Source: Peribolospora baueri
Lineage: Eukaryota
Direction: 5' to 3'
DNA length: 52,127 nucleotides
NCBI GenBank assembly: GCA_029717555.1
Contig: JAMDHS010000119.1
Location: 1-52,127, forward strand
Shown here: piece by piece, positions 1-11,962 of the stretch
Numbering within the stretch: the stretch's first letter is position 1
Layout: each line of letters starts with the position of its first letter
Program-made: the position numbers and the translations under genes
Notes under the pieces: generated by a model
What the model saw: the letters and a program-made list of their open reading frames with translations, nothing else
What the model was told of the DNA's origin: nothing
Database searches by the model: none

Positions 1-506
1 TGCCCTTTTTGAGTGTCACGGACGCCCGAGGCCGCTTTTGCCTAGCAGAAACCCCTTCTCGCATACTTGTTTTACCTTACCCTTCTCCTCTCCTCCCTCC
101 CATCAGACGTGACCTGATCCAATGCCAAATCGCGGTCTTGCAACCGGATATTAGAATAGAAGAAACGGCGCCGCCATGGATGGAATAGAAGAAACGCTAC
201 CTACCGTCTTGGATGGCGCCTGTGATCGACGATGACGTTGCTGCTGAGTGAGGCGCACCCACCCACGCGCGTGTCACGGACGGGCCGTGTGTGCGTGCGT
301 GCGTGTGTGCGTGTTATGTTGAATAACGTGTTCTCGTTCTCGGATCCCGACTGGGACTGGACGAGAAGGATGTAACCAGTGTTGTGTACAATGAAGGCTA
401 CGAGACGTCCTCCCTCCCGTCCAGCGTGCTTCTAGAAGATCACAATTTTTTCTCCTTCCTTCCTTCCTTCCTTCCGACAAGGCGAGACCCGGTCCCGCCC
501 GCCCGC

Positions 507-3005
507 TCACTCACCCCTCTTTTCCCCTCCCCCACCTCTCCTTCTCCTCACAAACGCCTTCACGTCCCCTTTCGTCTGCGCCGCGCCCAAGCCCGCGCGG
601 CTCGGGTCGAAGGACGGCACGCGGATCGTCCGCTCCGCCCGCGGCCGTCGTCCCTTCTCCGTCTCCGTCTCTGTTTCTGTTTCTGCCCCCGCTTCTTTTT
701 CTCCCCGCTGGGACGGCTGTCGATCGAGGACGGGCACGAGGTCGCCCTCGACGTGCTTGCCCTTTTCGTCGACGAGATCCGAGATGGAGAGGTCGAGGTG
801 GCGGAGGCAATAGAGGGTGAAGATGCGTAGCTCGAGGGTGGCGAAGAATCGGCCTGTGGGCGAGGTGTGGCCGACGAGGCAACGGGTATGGGGGAGCGAG
901 GGGACGTGGCGTGATGGGATGGAAACGAAGTGAGGAGACATGGACACGGACACGGGCCGTCGATGCGAGGCAGCGTGTACCCTGTTCTGATCCTTCCACT
1001 TGATCCTCCTCCGCTCGCTCACCTTCGCACTTGGACACGCCACCTCCGAAAGGCATCGTCGGGTTAGAGATCACCTTGCCGTCCTTCCGGAACTTTGGGT
1101 TGCCGAGGAACCGATCAGGCATGAACGCCTCGGGGCGGTCGTGCACGCCGGTGTCGACGTGCGTCATTCGGGTGGAGCACATCACGATGTCGCCCTTCTG
1201 TAGCGCGTAGGTCTTCTGAACGGACGTCGAGGTCGAAGAGGGCGAGGGCGAGGGCGAGCAAGGCACGGAGCCCGCGATGGTCGCTTCCTTGGTCACCAGC
1301 CGGATCGAGGACGCCGAAACGCACATGCGAAGGCTGTGAAGGAAATCGGACGACGCCCCACGCCAAAGGTCCGCGCTCGGACAGGAGGTTAGAGCGTGCC
1401 ATTTTCGTACGCACAGCGGCAGGGCATACTCACACCTCGTCGATCGTCGAAGTCAGCAACGGGAACAAGCTGTCGAGTGCGGAGACATCCTTGAGAAGGT
1501 CGGCGAATCTAACGTCCTCCGTAAGCTCGCCAAAATAGGTTTGTTCCGCGCGCTCCAGCTCGGAGCGTAACTGGGAAAGAAGGGTGGGCTCTTGGTAGAG
1601 GATGACCACCACCCAGAAGGCGACCCACGGAGCGTTCGCCTGTACCAAAGAGGAAAGTCGGAGGATTCGCGTGTGCTTGAGTCTTGAACGAGCACACCTA
1701 CTTCGGAGAACCGTACACCGCCGCATTAGTAGCGGTGGTCACTTCCGCTCACTTCTAGAGCCCACAGGTCGGAAACGAGACTGGCATGCAGCTGAGTTGC
1801 CTGGGATTGGTCAACTTGCAAAGGTTAGCGATACAGTCCACGCGAGGGCGGTCCAGCAGCCTTCCGGGCTTGCTCACAGGCCAGTCAAAGCGCCTCGTCA
1901 ATTGGATGATGTCGTTGACAAGCTCAAAAGCGCCTTCGATCCGACCAGTGTCCTCGTCCCCGTACTTCTCGAGATAGTCCTTCATGGTTTGCTGCAGTCT
2001 CGTCCTGGCCTCGATGCCCTTCCTGACGGTGAAGGAAGGCAGTCCGACGGCCATGAAGGGAAACCAGTTGTCAAATTCCCATAAATCATCCGCGGAATTG
2101 GTCGGGAAGTCGGGCCCAAAGAAAGCCCTCGCGGAGGAGCCGTAGATGAGCGACAGTAGCGGGCCCTTGAGCTGGAGCGTCGCGCCTTGAGAGGGTACGC
2201 TCGCCATGAAGCCTTCGAAGGCGGCGATGAGGCTGTCGACATAGCTAGACACTAGAGGACCTAATGCGTTCTTGGACAAACCCCTGTGCGAAGTTTGATC
2301 CAAGTTAGCCAAACATGGACGAGCCATTGGGTCCAGCTTGCATCGTCTGATGCGACAAAATTAAGCCGCTGCCCTCACCGATGGTGAACGGGGAAATATT
2401 CCTTCTGCATGCTGTCGAAGACTCGATCTGACATGCCGAAGCATTGTTTGCTGAACTGGAAGCGGATGGGAATAAAGGTGAAGGTCGAAGGGTCCTACAG
2501 AGGATTGGGCGATGCCAAAAGGTGGTTAACGCTCCTGCCCTCGTTGGGTGAAAGCTAGAAGACGTGCGCCGATAGTCAGTCAGTCAGTCAAGCCACCTTG
2601 TAAACGTTGTTGATCACGATAGGCGATGTGACATGAATGAGCTTTTTCGGCCCGATCTTTGCCGCCCATATGTCTCCGTACTGGATGGGTGAATGCCGAT
2701 GGGATAGATGTCAGTTAAGTCGGGCCCTGCCCTGCGTGCGGCGAGGGAAGCAAGGAAGACGGACAGCTGACCTTGGCCGTGTTCCTCACGAGGAAGCCGT
2801 CAGGATCCTTACCAAACTCGAGCGCGCTGTTCAGGATGGGCACCCAGCTCTTGACCACCGGTGGGCGTTCGTAACCTGGCGTTTTTTGTCGTTTGCTGGT
2901 GAGGAGGTAGACGAGCGCCGCCGCGAGCACGCACAGGAGAGCGTTGGCCGCCAGCGTGCGGTCCTCCTTGGCTGTGTGAGAGGCAGCGTCCGCCCAAGTG
3001 GTCAT
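507..3005 (-). CDS. Cytochrome P450, CYP7/CYP8/CYP39-clan-like (multi-exon)
   Basis: N-terminal TM anchor followed by PPVVKSWVPILNSALEFGKDP (CYP7-like). Spliced I-helix LWALE|ANAPWVAFW, PDRF (PERF) motif, and heme-Cys motif PFGGGVSKC|..RFFA. The last exon is in ORF 507..1043. Confidence 0.9.
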
Positions 3006-3679
3006 CGCAAAGGTCGATGTGGTCAGAGACGAAGAAGAGGTGAGTGCGACGACGGCGCATATATAGTCTCGTCATCTGGACATGCACGCCGAGAATACCT
3101 CCACGCCACAGCTTCCGTCCCGCTAACACTCGAGCTCCACTTCATTCGCTTCTTGAGCTCATGTAGACGCCTCCATTCCGACTCCGCGGATACCTTGTTC
3201 CGGCATCGATGGCGACGGCGGAGAGCCGCGGGAACGACTCGGCTTTAATTCTGCCGAGGCAACTCGCGCGCCTCGTCAAGGAAGCGGGATGAAGTGCCAG
3301 GTATGCAAACGTAGCTCGACACAGGCTCGCCCATCGTCCGTCGCGGTTCAACCGGCCTGCTCTGAGCGTCGTCGTGTCTAGCACCCTGTTTCTGCGGGAC
3401 CCAATAGTCGCAACCTCGCTAGTCACTGAGAACCATAACCGGTGCTTGCATGTCACCATGAAAACTGAGAGCAAGCGCGCACTGATGATGGCGGTCGTCA
3501 TCTTTCGTCCAGGCTCTCTCTCATGCAAAGAGACCGACAACGGGGCCGCACGAGGACTACAAGCGGGGGCGGCGAAATGGAGAACTTTTGTTTAAAAAAC
3601 TGGATTTGACGTCGAATGGCCACAGGACAGCCAGGTCCTGCGAACGAGGGCACAGAATTCACACCATCGACGACGTCGC

Positions 3680-5695
3680 TCAGACGGCCTCCCACTGTAC
3701 ACACGTGTCCGAGAGGAAACGAGTCGGCAAGTGAGCTATGACGGCACTAGACGCCAGAGAAAAACGGTCGAAACGAGCGGATAGACACCCAACGTCCATG
3801 AGTTTCGTCATGACGTCTGTACACTCACCTCTTCCACCGCGCTGTAGAACTCCTTCACAATCTTCTCCTGCGCCTTCCTCCCTTCCGCAGAGCCTTTCTC
3901 GCCAATGCCACGCACGACGAGGTACCGGCGTCCAGTCAGGATTTCTACGGTAACCTCGCCCAGCTCGTCCGGGCTGACCGACTCGGTGTGCGCTTTCGAG
4001 CCGACAACGATCGCGCCTGCCTCTTGGGCGATGACTGGATGTCCCGGTCGGGGTATGGACAGCGGGTTATGCAGATCGATAATGAGTGGATTGAAGCCAG
4101 TCGATAACGGTTCAAGGTCCGACACGTTCGCGACGACTCACCGATGCCGGCGCACACATCCCATGCCCAGCAGCCGATCTCCCAATACCTGCATGAAATC
4201 CGGAATGCGTCCACCGGTTCATCTCAGCTCTCGCGGGAGCTCATGCGCAAGTACGAAGAAAAGAAAACAAAAGACGTACATGTCCTCCTGTCCAGCAGCT
4301 ACGTGACAGTAATGCAAGGCAGCCGAGCTGCGGAATGCGGAGTGACGGTAGTAATAGCATAAGTTGAATCAATCACGCCGGAAGCACAGGTTCAAAAGGG
4401 GTGCCCGAGGCGCAGTCGTGCCGACAGCAAAGGAAAACGGGCATAACTCGCTCACCCGATGCTCCGGATCCCCTGGCACATCAGTCCGCCAACGACCTTC
4501 TGCGCGCCCGCCTCCTCCCTGCCATCACCTGCAAGGCGCTCGAACGACCTTGCCTTCTTGTCCATGATGTCCTTGCGCCTATCGCTCCCCCATTCCAGGC
4601 CGACAAGGGCGGAGCCAAGGGAAGAGAGAGGAGGCGCGGGCTGAACGAGCGGGAGACGGCGCGGGTCAGGGTTTTGAGGGGTGCGAACGAAGGAGCCTTG
4701 GCCGGCTACACCGGTGTAGAGGTGGTCGATGAAAGGCGCATAGATTACGCCTGTCGGTCGATCGTAGACGGCCGATGATTGTCATTCAGACGACCAAACA
4801 GGCGGGCGCAATGCATTCGAAAATCGAATTGCCCTTAAAACGCACCGAGGACGGGCTTTTTCTTGTACGTGAAGCCCAGCGAGATAGCTACCCAGGGGAA
4901 ACCGTGAATGAAGTTGGTCGTACCTGTGGGAAATCGTTTGAAGAGGAGTCACATTAGCGCAAGGTTTCGATTGTGGAGGATAGGGAGGGCAGACGTAGTG
5001 ATGAAAATCTAGGGCATACCATCGATGGGGTCGCAGATCCAAGTTGGGTCGTCCTGGAGAGCGATGACAGACCAAGCTGAGCGGCGGACTGCACTCCGCG
5101 GCCGGAACGCATGAATGCACACGGCGGTCTCACTGTGATCTGATTCTTCTCGCCAGCGGCCCACGACTCCTCTCCGACGAACCTGGGGGGAGTCAGAAAC
5201 GGTAGAGATGCGATGAGCGCCAGCCGTGCCCTCGCGCTCAGGATTGCCTCACTAGACGCACTTGTGAGTCGGGAAAGCTTCAAAAATGGCATTTTTGACC
5301 ATTTTCTCAACCGCCTGGTCCGTCTCTGTGACCAGCTGTTGGAGTCGAAGCAAGTCGTCAATGAGAACTGAGAGCGGTTGACGCCAGGAAACGGCCCCTG
5401 TACAGCTGGGATCCCTCTTGAAGAACAGGTCAGCTCACATCAACACTGTTCTTCTTCTCATCATATCCGGCAGCGCTCTTGAAACGATTCTCGGAACCCT
5501 CGACGATGGCCGCACCGGCCTGTTTGGCCAAGAGGCTATGTTTATACGGGACAGCGAAGGAGGTCGCAGAGGCCATGCAATCAGACCAGGCTCGTCTCTA
5601 GAAGATGCTGACAGTTCAAACGCAGACAGACAAATAGCAAAAGCTGAGGCTCACACGGCGAACTCCAAGATGGCGTTGAGGTCAAGCTCCGACAT
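3680..5695 (-). CDS. Inositol monophosphatase (IMPase family, multi-exon)
   Basis: Reconstructed exons give MSELDLNAILEFA..., ETDQAVEK, GEES, TWICDPIDG|TTNFIHGFP (IMPase signature 1) and WEIGCWAWDVCAGI..IAQEAGA (signature 2). ATG at 5695; last exon WEAV* with stop at 3680. Confidence 0.93.
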
Positions 5696-5832
5696 GATTG
5701 CGTGCGTGTGGTAAGACGAGAGTCGACTCTCCTACGAAGAAGGGGGGGGATGGGTCAATCGGCGGTGCGCTGGTCGTCGCCGCAGTATTAGAACGTGATC
5801 GACAACGGATTACGAGTTGAACATCAACAACC
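5696..5832. promoter_or_regulatory. Probable compact bidirectional promoter region (IMPase / CCCH gene)
   Basis: Only 137 bp separate the two divergent ATGs (5695 on -, 5833 on +). Confidence 0.55.
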
Positions 5833-7492
5833 ATGTCCGACGACGCCAAGATCCTCGCTCAGATAGCCAAAGTGGCAGGTGCGTGCGTGAGGGGGGATAG
5901 GAGACTGGATGGCGCATTTAAAGCGGTTTGGATCGTAGTATACATAGCCATCTCCTCCTTGCGCGCTCCTTCACGTCACAGGAGCCATCAACCGTCACAA
6001 AGCTGCGGGATCACAACCACCAAGCTACAGGGCAACACAACCACCAAGCTACAGAGCAGCACAACCACAAGGATTTAAGCCGGCAGCGGCGGTACGACCA
6101 CCGCCCTCCTCTTCCTCTGATGTTCTCGTTCAGATAGCAAAGGTTGCTGGTACGTACAGGAAAATCTACTGGCGTGACGGGAATTTCGCATAGATCGCTC
6201 TCCTTTTCTGGCCCGCGCAGGCGCGATAAATCGCCACAAGGCCACTGCCACTGGAGCAGCCATTCCTCGGCCACCCCCGGCGGAACGGATCACTCCCGTC
6301 CATGGAACACGTCGACTCCCTACAAGAACCAATAAGACTCTTGTAAAGGGCAAGGTGCCCTTTCAACATAGACCAGGGAGGGGAAAGGCTCCCGCCAAGG
6401 GGAAGGCCGTGTTTCAACCCCGACAGAAAAAACGGCTGTGCAGCTTTTTCACTCGCAGAGGTCTGCGGCAGCTTCTTGTTTTCGTAATCTTGCTTTTTAA
6501 GCTCACGTCGTCCTTGTTTGATGCTACCTGTCTTTCGAAACCGCCGCGTCTTTCTAGGTCGTTGCAACAGGGGCCTCACATGTCCGTTCGTACATGACGC
6601 CTCCAAAACGGCAATATGCCCCCGCTTCCTACGTCGCTCTTGCCCCGACACGGCCGAATCCTGTCCACTGAGTCACGAACCCAACGACCACCGGATGCCC
6701 TTCTGCCACCACTTTTCCAAGCGAGGCGAGTGCCGCAGCGGCGACTCGTGCCCCTACCCGCACATCAAGCTAGCCGATGATGCGCCCGTCTGCCCTGGTT
6801 TTGCCCGGCTGGGTTGGTGCGAGAACGGAGCGAACTGCAACAAGCGGCACACGTGGGAGTGTCCTGAATTTGCGGAGAAGGGGGTGTGTCGTCGGCCCAA
6901 GTGCAAGTTACCTCATATCCTTCGAGCCGAGCGAGCTAGGGCTAAGAAGCGGCCTGCTGGCGGTGAAGATGACTCGGACGCGGGCCCGGTGGCCAAGAAA
7001 GCTCGCGTCCCTGGAGAGGACAAGGGTAAGGGTAAATCATCGGCAACGGACGTTGATGGAAGTTTAAAGATTAAAGCAGCGGCAGCAGCCTCGCCGAATG
7101 AGAGCAACGTCCGGGACCACGCGGACTTTGTCCGCTTTGGGGATGACACAGACGAGGACGACTTGTTGGATCAGGCGGACTTTGTGGCGTTTGGTGACAT
7201 GGACGAGGAGGAACTTTTTGACGAGGAGGAAGAGGAGGAGGGGAGGGAGGAAGCGGAAGAGGAGGAAGGGGAAGGGAAGGGGGAAGGAGAGGAAGAAGAG
7301 GAAGAGGAAGAAGACGAGGAAGAGGAAGAAGATGAGGAAAAGGAAGAGGAAGAGGTGGGAGAGGGAGGCGAGCAAGTTGGCGCCGACTCCGTGTCCATGG
7401 ACAACCACTATGCAAGCGAAGGCGGGGGTGCAGAGGAGAAAGAAAACGATGATGGCGGTGGAGAGATGTCGACTTCCGCGCCTCCGTCTTGA
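5833..7492 (+). CDS. CCCH zinc-finger protein, ZC3H3/Red5-like, with acidic C-terminal tail
   Basis: N-terminus MSDDAKILAQIAKVA|GAINRHK. Tandem C-x7/8-C-x4-6-C-x3-H fingers (CSFFTR.., CPRFLRRSCPDTAESCPLSH, CHHFSKRGECRSGDSCPYPH, CPGFARLGWCENGANCNKRH, CPEFAEKGVCRRPKCKLPH). Glu-rich tail. Confidence 0.85.
6012..6071 (+). repeat. 24-bp coding tandem repeat (QPPSYRA x2 plus partial)
   Basis: cacaaccaccaagctacagrgca repeated twice plus a partial third copy, within exon 2 of the CCCH gene. Confidence 0.85.
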
Positions 7493-8347
7493 CACGAGAG
7501 CGTGGTGGAAGCGCTGGTGGAAGGAGAGGGAGCTGGGCGCTGAACGCGCTGTATTTCGACGCTGGTATGTAATGGCGATTTGTTATCCTGAGCAGCCACA
7601 GCAGAACGCCTCCCTATCTTTGCATTTACAAGTTTTAGCCTTGATCCTTCCCCCAAGCAACGCCCAGCACTCTCTTTCTAGTAAACGCCTATCCTTAGTC
7701 TTCCTCTCGTTGGACCAGGCCGTCCCGTCAACCACGCTCGTTCAAGAAACTCAGCTACGCCCGTCGCTTAGTGTCTGAAGTCACACCCGCCCGCGGGGCG
7801 CTGTCCGTTCCTTCACACCTACACGCACCCCTCCTTGATCCTCACCTCGCCCCTCCCCCTTCCCAGTGCCAAACATGTACTACGAGATCACCGTCAAACC
7901 AAGCAAGCCCTGCCGTCAACACCGTCTCCTTTCCGCGGGCGACCCAGACGGCCGTTGCCTAGCCCATCTCTCACGCCGTCGGCATGGGGAGCGATCCGCA
8001 AGTGCTTGTCCCTGCGTTCCACTCCGCTGACTGAACGGATGGAACGTGGCTTTCTTTGGCGTGACCCGTTTTGTCTCCTACTTGTTGGTGTGATCGTTCT
8101 TGTCAAGGAAATGCACGACCACTGAGGGGATAGGATTACGATTGTATGACGCATTCTCAACGATTGGCGAGGGTCATCAGTTCGTAGGTCATGATGGCAT
8201 AGGGGGACACATGTGAAGGGGGATACATATATGATCACACGGGGAGCACACGACTGAAGCCAGACAAGAGGTGTGTGCACGAAAAAGACTCGGAGGAGGA
8301 CAAAGGGTTGAAGACCGAATGTTCGTCCGCCATATGTCCACCAAGCC

Positions 8348-10136
8348 TCACCAGCCAAACACCATATCGCTAATCTTACTCATGTACCCTCCTCCTTCCT
8401 GGAACCTGCCCGCCTTGTTCGACCCTGACTGTGGAGTCTGCGGTTCCTTGAACAAGCTAGCCGGCGGACCGGTGGGCCTGGAGAGGAAGCTACCCGGACC
8501 GATGCTCTTCGGTCGTTCGCCGCGACCGGCGGCCGACCTTAACGCCGGGGCGTTCATGACGGCGATCCGTCGCACGTTGGCCGGCGTAGATGCTCGACCG
8601 GGAGTCCCTACCGAGCCGCCCGCACCGGTGCCCGTACCGATAATCGGCGAGGGCGCACTGTGGACCCCCACGTCGCCGTTCATCACCGACGCCGAAGTGG
8701 TCTGGCTGGAGGGAGCGAGGTATGGGAACAAGCCGGCTTGTGCCGCCGCGTCCTCGTCGGCCCACTTGATGCCGACCATGAGCACACCGCCGATACTTTC
8801 GCCGTTTCTGCGCACCATCCTCGCGGCCACCCAGCTCTGCTTGAATGTCACCTCTACCCAGTTCCCATCCGCTGGACCCAGCTCCTGGCGAACGATATCC
8901 GGAGGGTCGAAGAAGTGGGAAAGAATGACAGCGGCTGTATCGACGGGGAAGCCGAAGAAGATAACCCTGCGAAGGTTCTCCGGGTCCGAGGAGCCTTCCG
9001 TTCGAGGCGGCAAAGGCCGTTCGTCCGAACCGTTGGCAGTTTTGTCAGGGGCAGCGACGGCGCTGCAGACAGGGAGCCGAGGTTCTTAAATGTCAGCTTG
9101 CAATCGAGATAACTGAAAAGAGAAGGAACTCACTTTCCAGGGGTACCGTTCGCAGGACCGGGCATCTGCTCCATATCTTCCAAGCTAACCACCGGTGGAG
9201 CATCCTCGTCCTCCATGGGCACATGCCCACCAGCTTGACGACCTTTTGTTCGGCCGAATAGGCCGCCGCCCAAGTCGGAGAAAGAGGCACGTTGGAAGCT
9301 GAGATCAGAGGATGACGAGCGGTGGGGACTGGTTAATGGGGAGAGGAGCAGAAGGGAAGAATCAATATCCGACTTCAGAGACACGTCTCTACACGCGCAT
9401 GGAGAGCGAATGAAGTCGCGGCGCAGACTTTACTCACTGGTCTCGTCCAAAAAGGCCCGAGCCTGACTGATCAAATCGCGATGGAGAGGATAGATCGAGT
9501 GAAGATCGACTGGCAGAGGCGCTCCAGAGGCCGCCGCCATCGTCTTTGGTTGGGGGTGAGTAGGTTGACTGGAGCAGATAGGAGAGAGATAACATTGTGA
9601 GCACCTCTACCAGTCGGAAAACGCTAAATTTGCAACGTCCTACTCACCCGCCTCTGCTCAGTGTTACTCAGATAGCCCGGAAGATACACGGTCTGCGGCT
9701 GCTCCGCAGGCGACGAGCCAAATAGCGGCGCCATCGAGGAGGACGAGGCGGCAGTACGACCGTATGGCGACACATTCGTGCCGCTCGCCATCGAGGAGGA
9801 CGCGGTGGTGGTGCGACCGTATGGCGACGAGTTCGTGCCGCTGGGAGTACCGCTCGCACCAAAACCGTAGCCGAAGTTTCCGACTTGGCCGCCGCCGACT
9901 CCAGGCGTGCCTGCCCGAGGAAAGGTATTCTGACCCACAGGGGTGCCTGCTCGCGCAAAGTTACTCTGGCTTGCATTGCCGCCGAAGGCACCACCGAAAC
10001 GCTGCTGCTGGGGCGTGCCTTGCTGCTGTTGCTGCTGCTGTTGTTGCTGAGGCACGCCTTGTTGGGGCGTTTGAGTGGCGAAGCCGAAGGGTAAAGATTG
10101 GGAAGTGGCAAAGCGGTTCTGACTGGAGCCAAACAT
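8348..10136 (-). CDS. NUP53: Nucleoporin Nup53/Nup35 homolog (RRM-like MPPN domain)
   Basis: VIFFGFP...GNWVEVTF...AARMVRRNGESIGGVLMVGIKW RRM-like domain, C-terminal amphipathic motif ending ISDMVFGW*, and an FG/Q-rich N-terminus starting MFGSSQNRF. Confidence 0.88.
9729..9842 (-). repeat. 57-bp coding tandem duplication (SGTNxSPYGRTxxxSSSMA x2) in Nup53
   Basis: Two imperfect copies starting at 9729 and 9786 on the + strand. Confidence 0.85.
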
Positions 10137-10819
10137 GGTAGCGATGGTGTGAGGAAGGAGGAAGAAGGAGATCCAAAGTTGGTGGCCTGCGAGGCCGGAC
10201 GAGGGGTACAATGGCAAGTTAGGACATTCCCGTCTCCGTCGCGAGCAAGCACAAGCAGAGCGCGGACGGTAGACGGTTAGGGTTGGCCGCAGCGCGATCG
10301 CGGTCGCATGTGGAACCGTCTTGAGGTCACGTGGACACGACCTTGTGGTATGTGTTGCAATCCCCGCCTAACTCCGACTGCTCCTGGCTCCCAACATATT
10401 GAACCCCGTTGGTTTATGTAGAATCTACGTCTCGTGTATGTAAACGACCCTTTTCGCCCTGTTCCGAGCAGGGAAACCAGAAATCGCTCTCGCGCTAACA
10501 CCGAGCACGTAAACGCGAGTCACAACCTGAAGCGCACGCGGTCGGCCTGGAGGGAGCATGTCTTCGGTAAACGCAACATGCCTCGGCCTCCGGTCATCCA
10601 CCAAGTCAAAACAAGGTAGGTTCTTTCTTGCGCACGATAATTTATGGCGCCTGGTGGGTGAGCCATGGTTGGCCTCCATACCGGGTCCGTGCTTGGACCC
10701 AATGGTTGACCTTGTCGACCCGCTTTCTGTCTGCGCCTTTTGGCTCACTCAATGCCGGCACAAATTTTCCACGAGTTCACCGAAGAATTGATGAAGGAGA
10801 GACCCGTAACCCAAGGAAT

Positions 10820-11333
10820 CCGCCAGCGAGGACCTCCTCAAAAAAGCCGACCAAGTGCCCCCGCACAGACCATCCGACCACGCCATCGATATCGAGCTCG
10901 GCACGACTCCTCCCTTCGGACGACTATACAGCCTCTCCGAACGGGAACTTGAACTTCGCATCTGGATCGATGAGAACCTCGCCCGCGGGTTCATCCGCCC
11001 GTCGAAATCGCCCGCAGGTGCTCCAATTCTCTTCGTCAAGAAGAAATCCGGGGAACTCCGCCTCTGCGTCGATTATCGAGGACTCAATTCCATCATCCGC
11101 AAGAACCGGCTCGCCTTGCCCCACATCTCCGACACCTTGGACCGATTGCGCGGCGCACGAAGCCATCACTTCGTGGCCGGAGCCCACCAGCCTCACCGAG
11201 CTTCTCTCGTTTCTGGGCTTCGCCAACTTCTACAGGCGATTCATCAACGGCTACTCGCGCACCATTCTTCCGTTTACCCGACTACTCAAGAAAGAGCAAG
11301 CCAACGCTCCCTTCGCTTTCGATCTTGATTCTC
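10820..11333 (+). mobile_element. Ty3/Gypsy LTR-retrotransposon pol fragment, internally deleted (copy A)
   Basis: [27 protein letters not shown]...[39 protein letters not shown]...DRLRGA jumps directly to [28 protein letters not shown]. The catalytic core is missing. Confidence 0.93.
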
Positions 11334-11962
11334 AACACGTCTTGAGAGCGGCAAAGGCTTGGCGAGAATCGGGACCGAAGGCAAACGGAGAGCTGGCCTG
11401 CTCTTTCTTGAGGAGGCGAGTGAGCGGAAGAATGGTGCGCGAGTGGCCGTTGATGAATAGCCTGTAAAAGTTGGCGAAGCCCAGAAACGAGAGAAGCTCG
11501 GTGGGGCTGGTGGGCTCCGGCCACGAGGTGATGGCGTCTACCTTGTCCTTCGACATGTGGACGCCATCGGCAGACACAGTGTACCCCAGATACTCGGTCT
11601 GGGTCATGTGGAAGGAGCATTTTTCTGCCTTGGCGTACAAGCCGTTGTTGATGAGGCGGCGAAGTACCTCGCGGACGTGGCGGACATGTTACTCTGCGTC
11701 CAAAGAGAAAACAAGAATGTCATCCAAATACACAAGCACCGTGACGTCCAGAAGGTCTCGGAAGATGTCGTTCATAAGACCCTGGAACGTTGCGGGAGCG
11801 TTAGTGAGCCCGAAAGGCATCACGATAGACTCAAAATGTCCGTACGCCGCGCAATCGGTCCAAGGTGTCGGAGATGAGGGGCAAGGCGAGCCGGTTCTTG
11901 CGGGTGTCGAATTGAGTCCTCGGTAATCGACGCAGAGGCGGAGTTCCCCAGATTTCTTCTTG
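11334..11962 (-). mobile_element. Ty3/Gypsy RT fragment, degenerate (copy B, inverted relative to copy A)
   Basis: [49 protein letters not shown] (YLDD at 11719-11730), YAKAEKCSF and FLGFANFYR. In-frame TAA at 11689-11691 and an indel near 11905. Confidence 0.93.

Noticed and set aside
154..196. 14-bp direct repeat gaatagaagaaacg
   Set aside because: Only two copies, with no supporting context.
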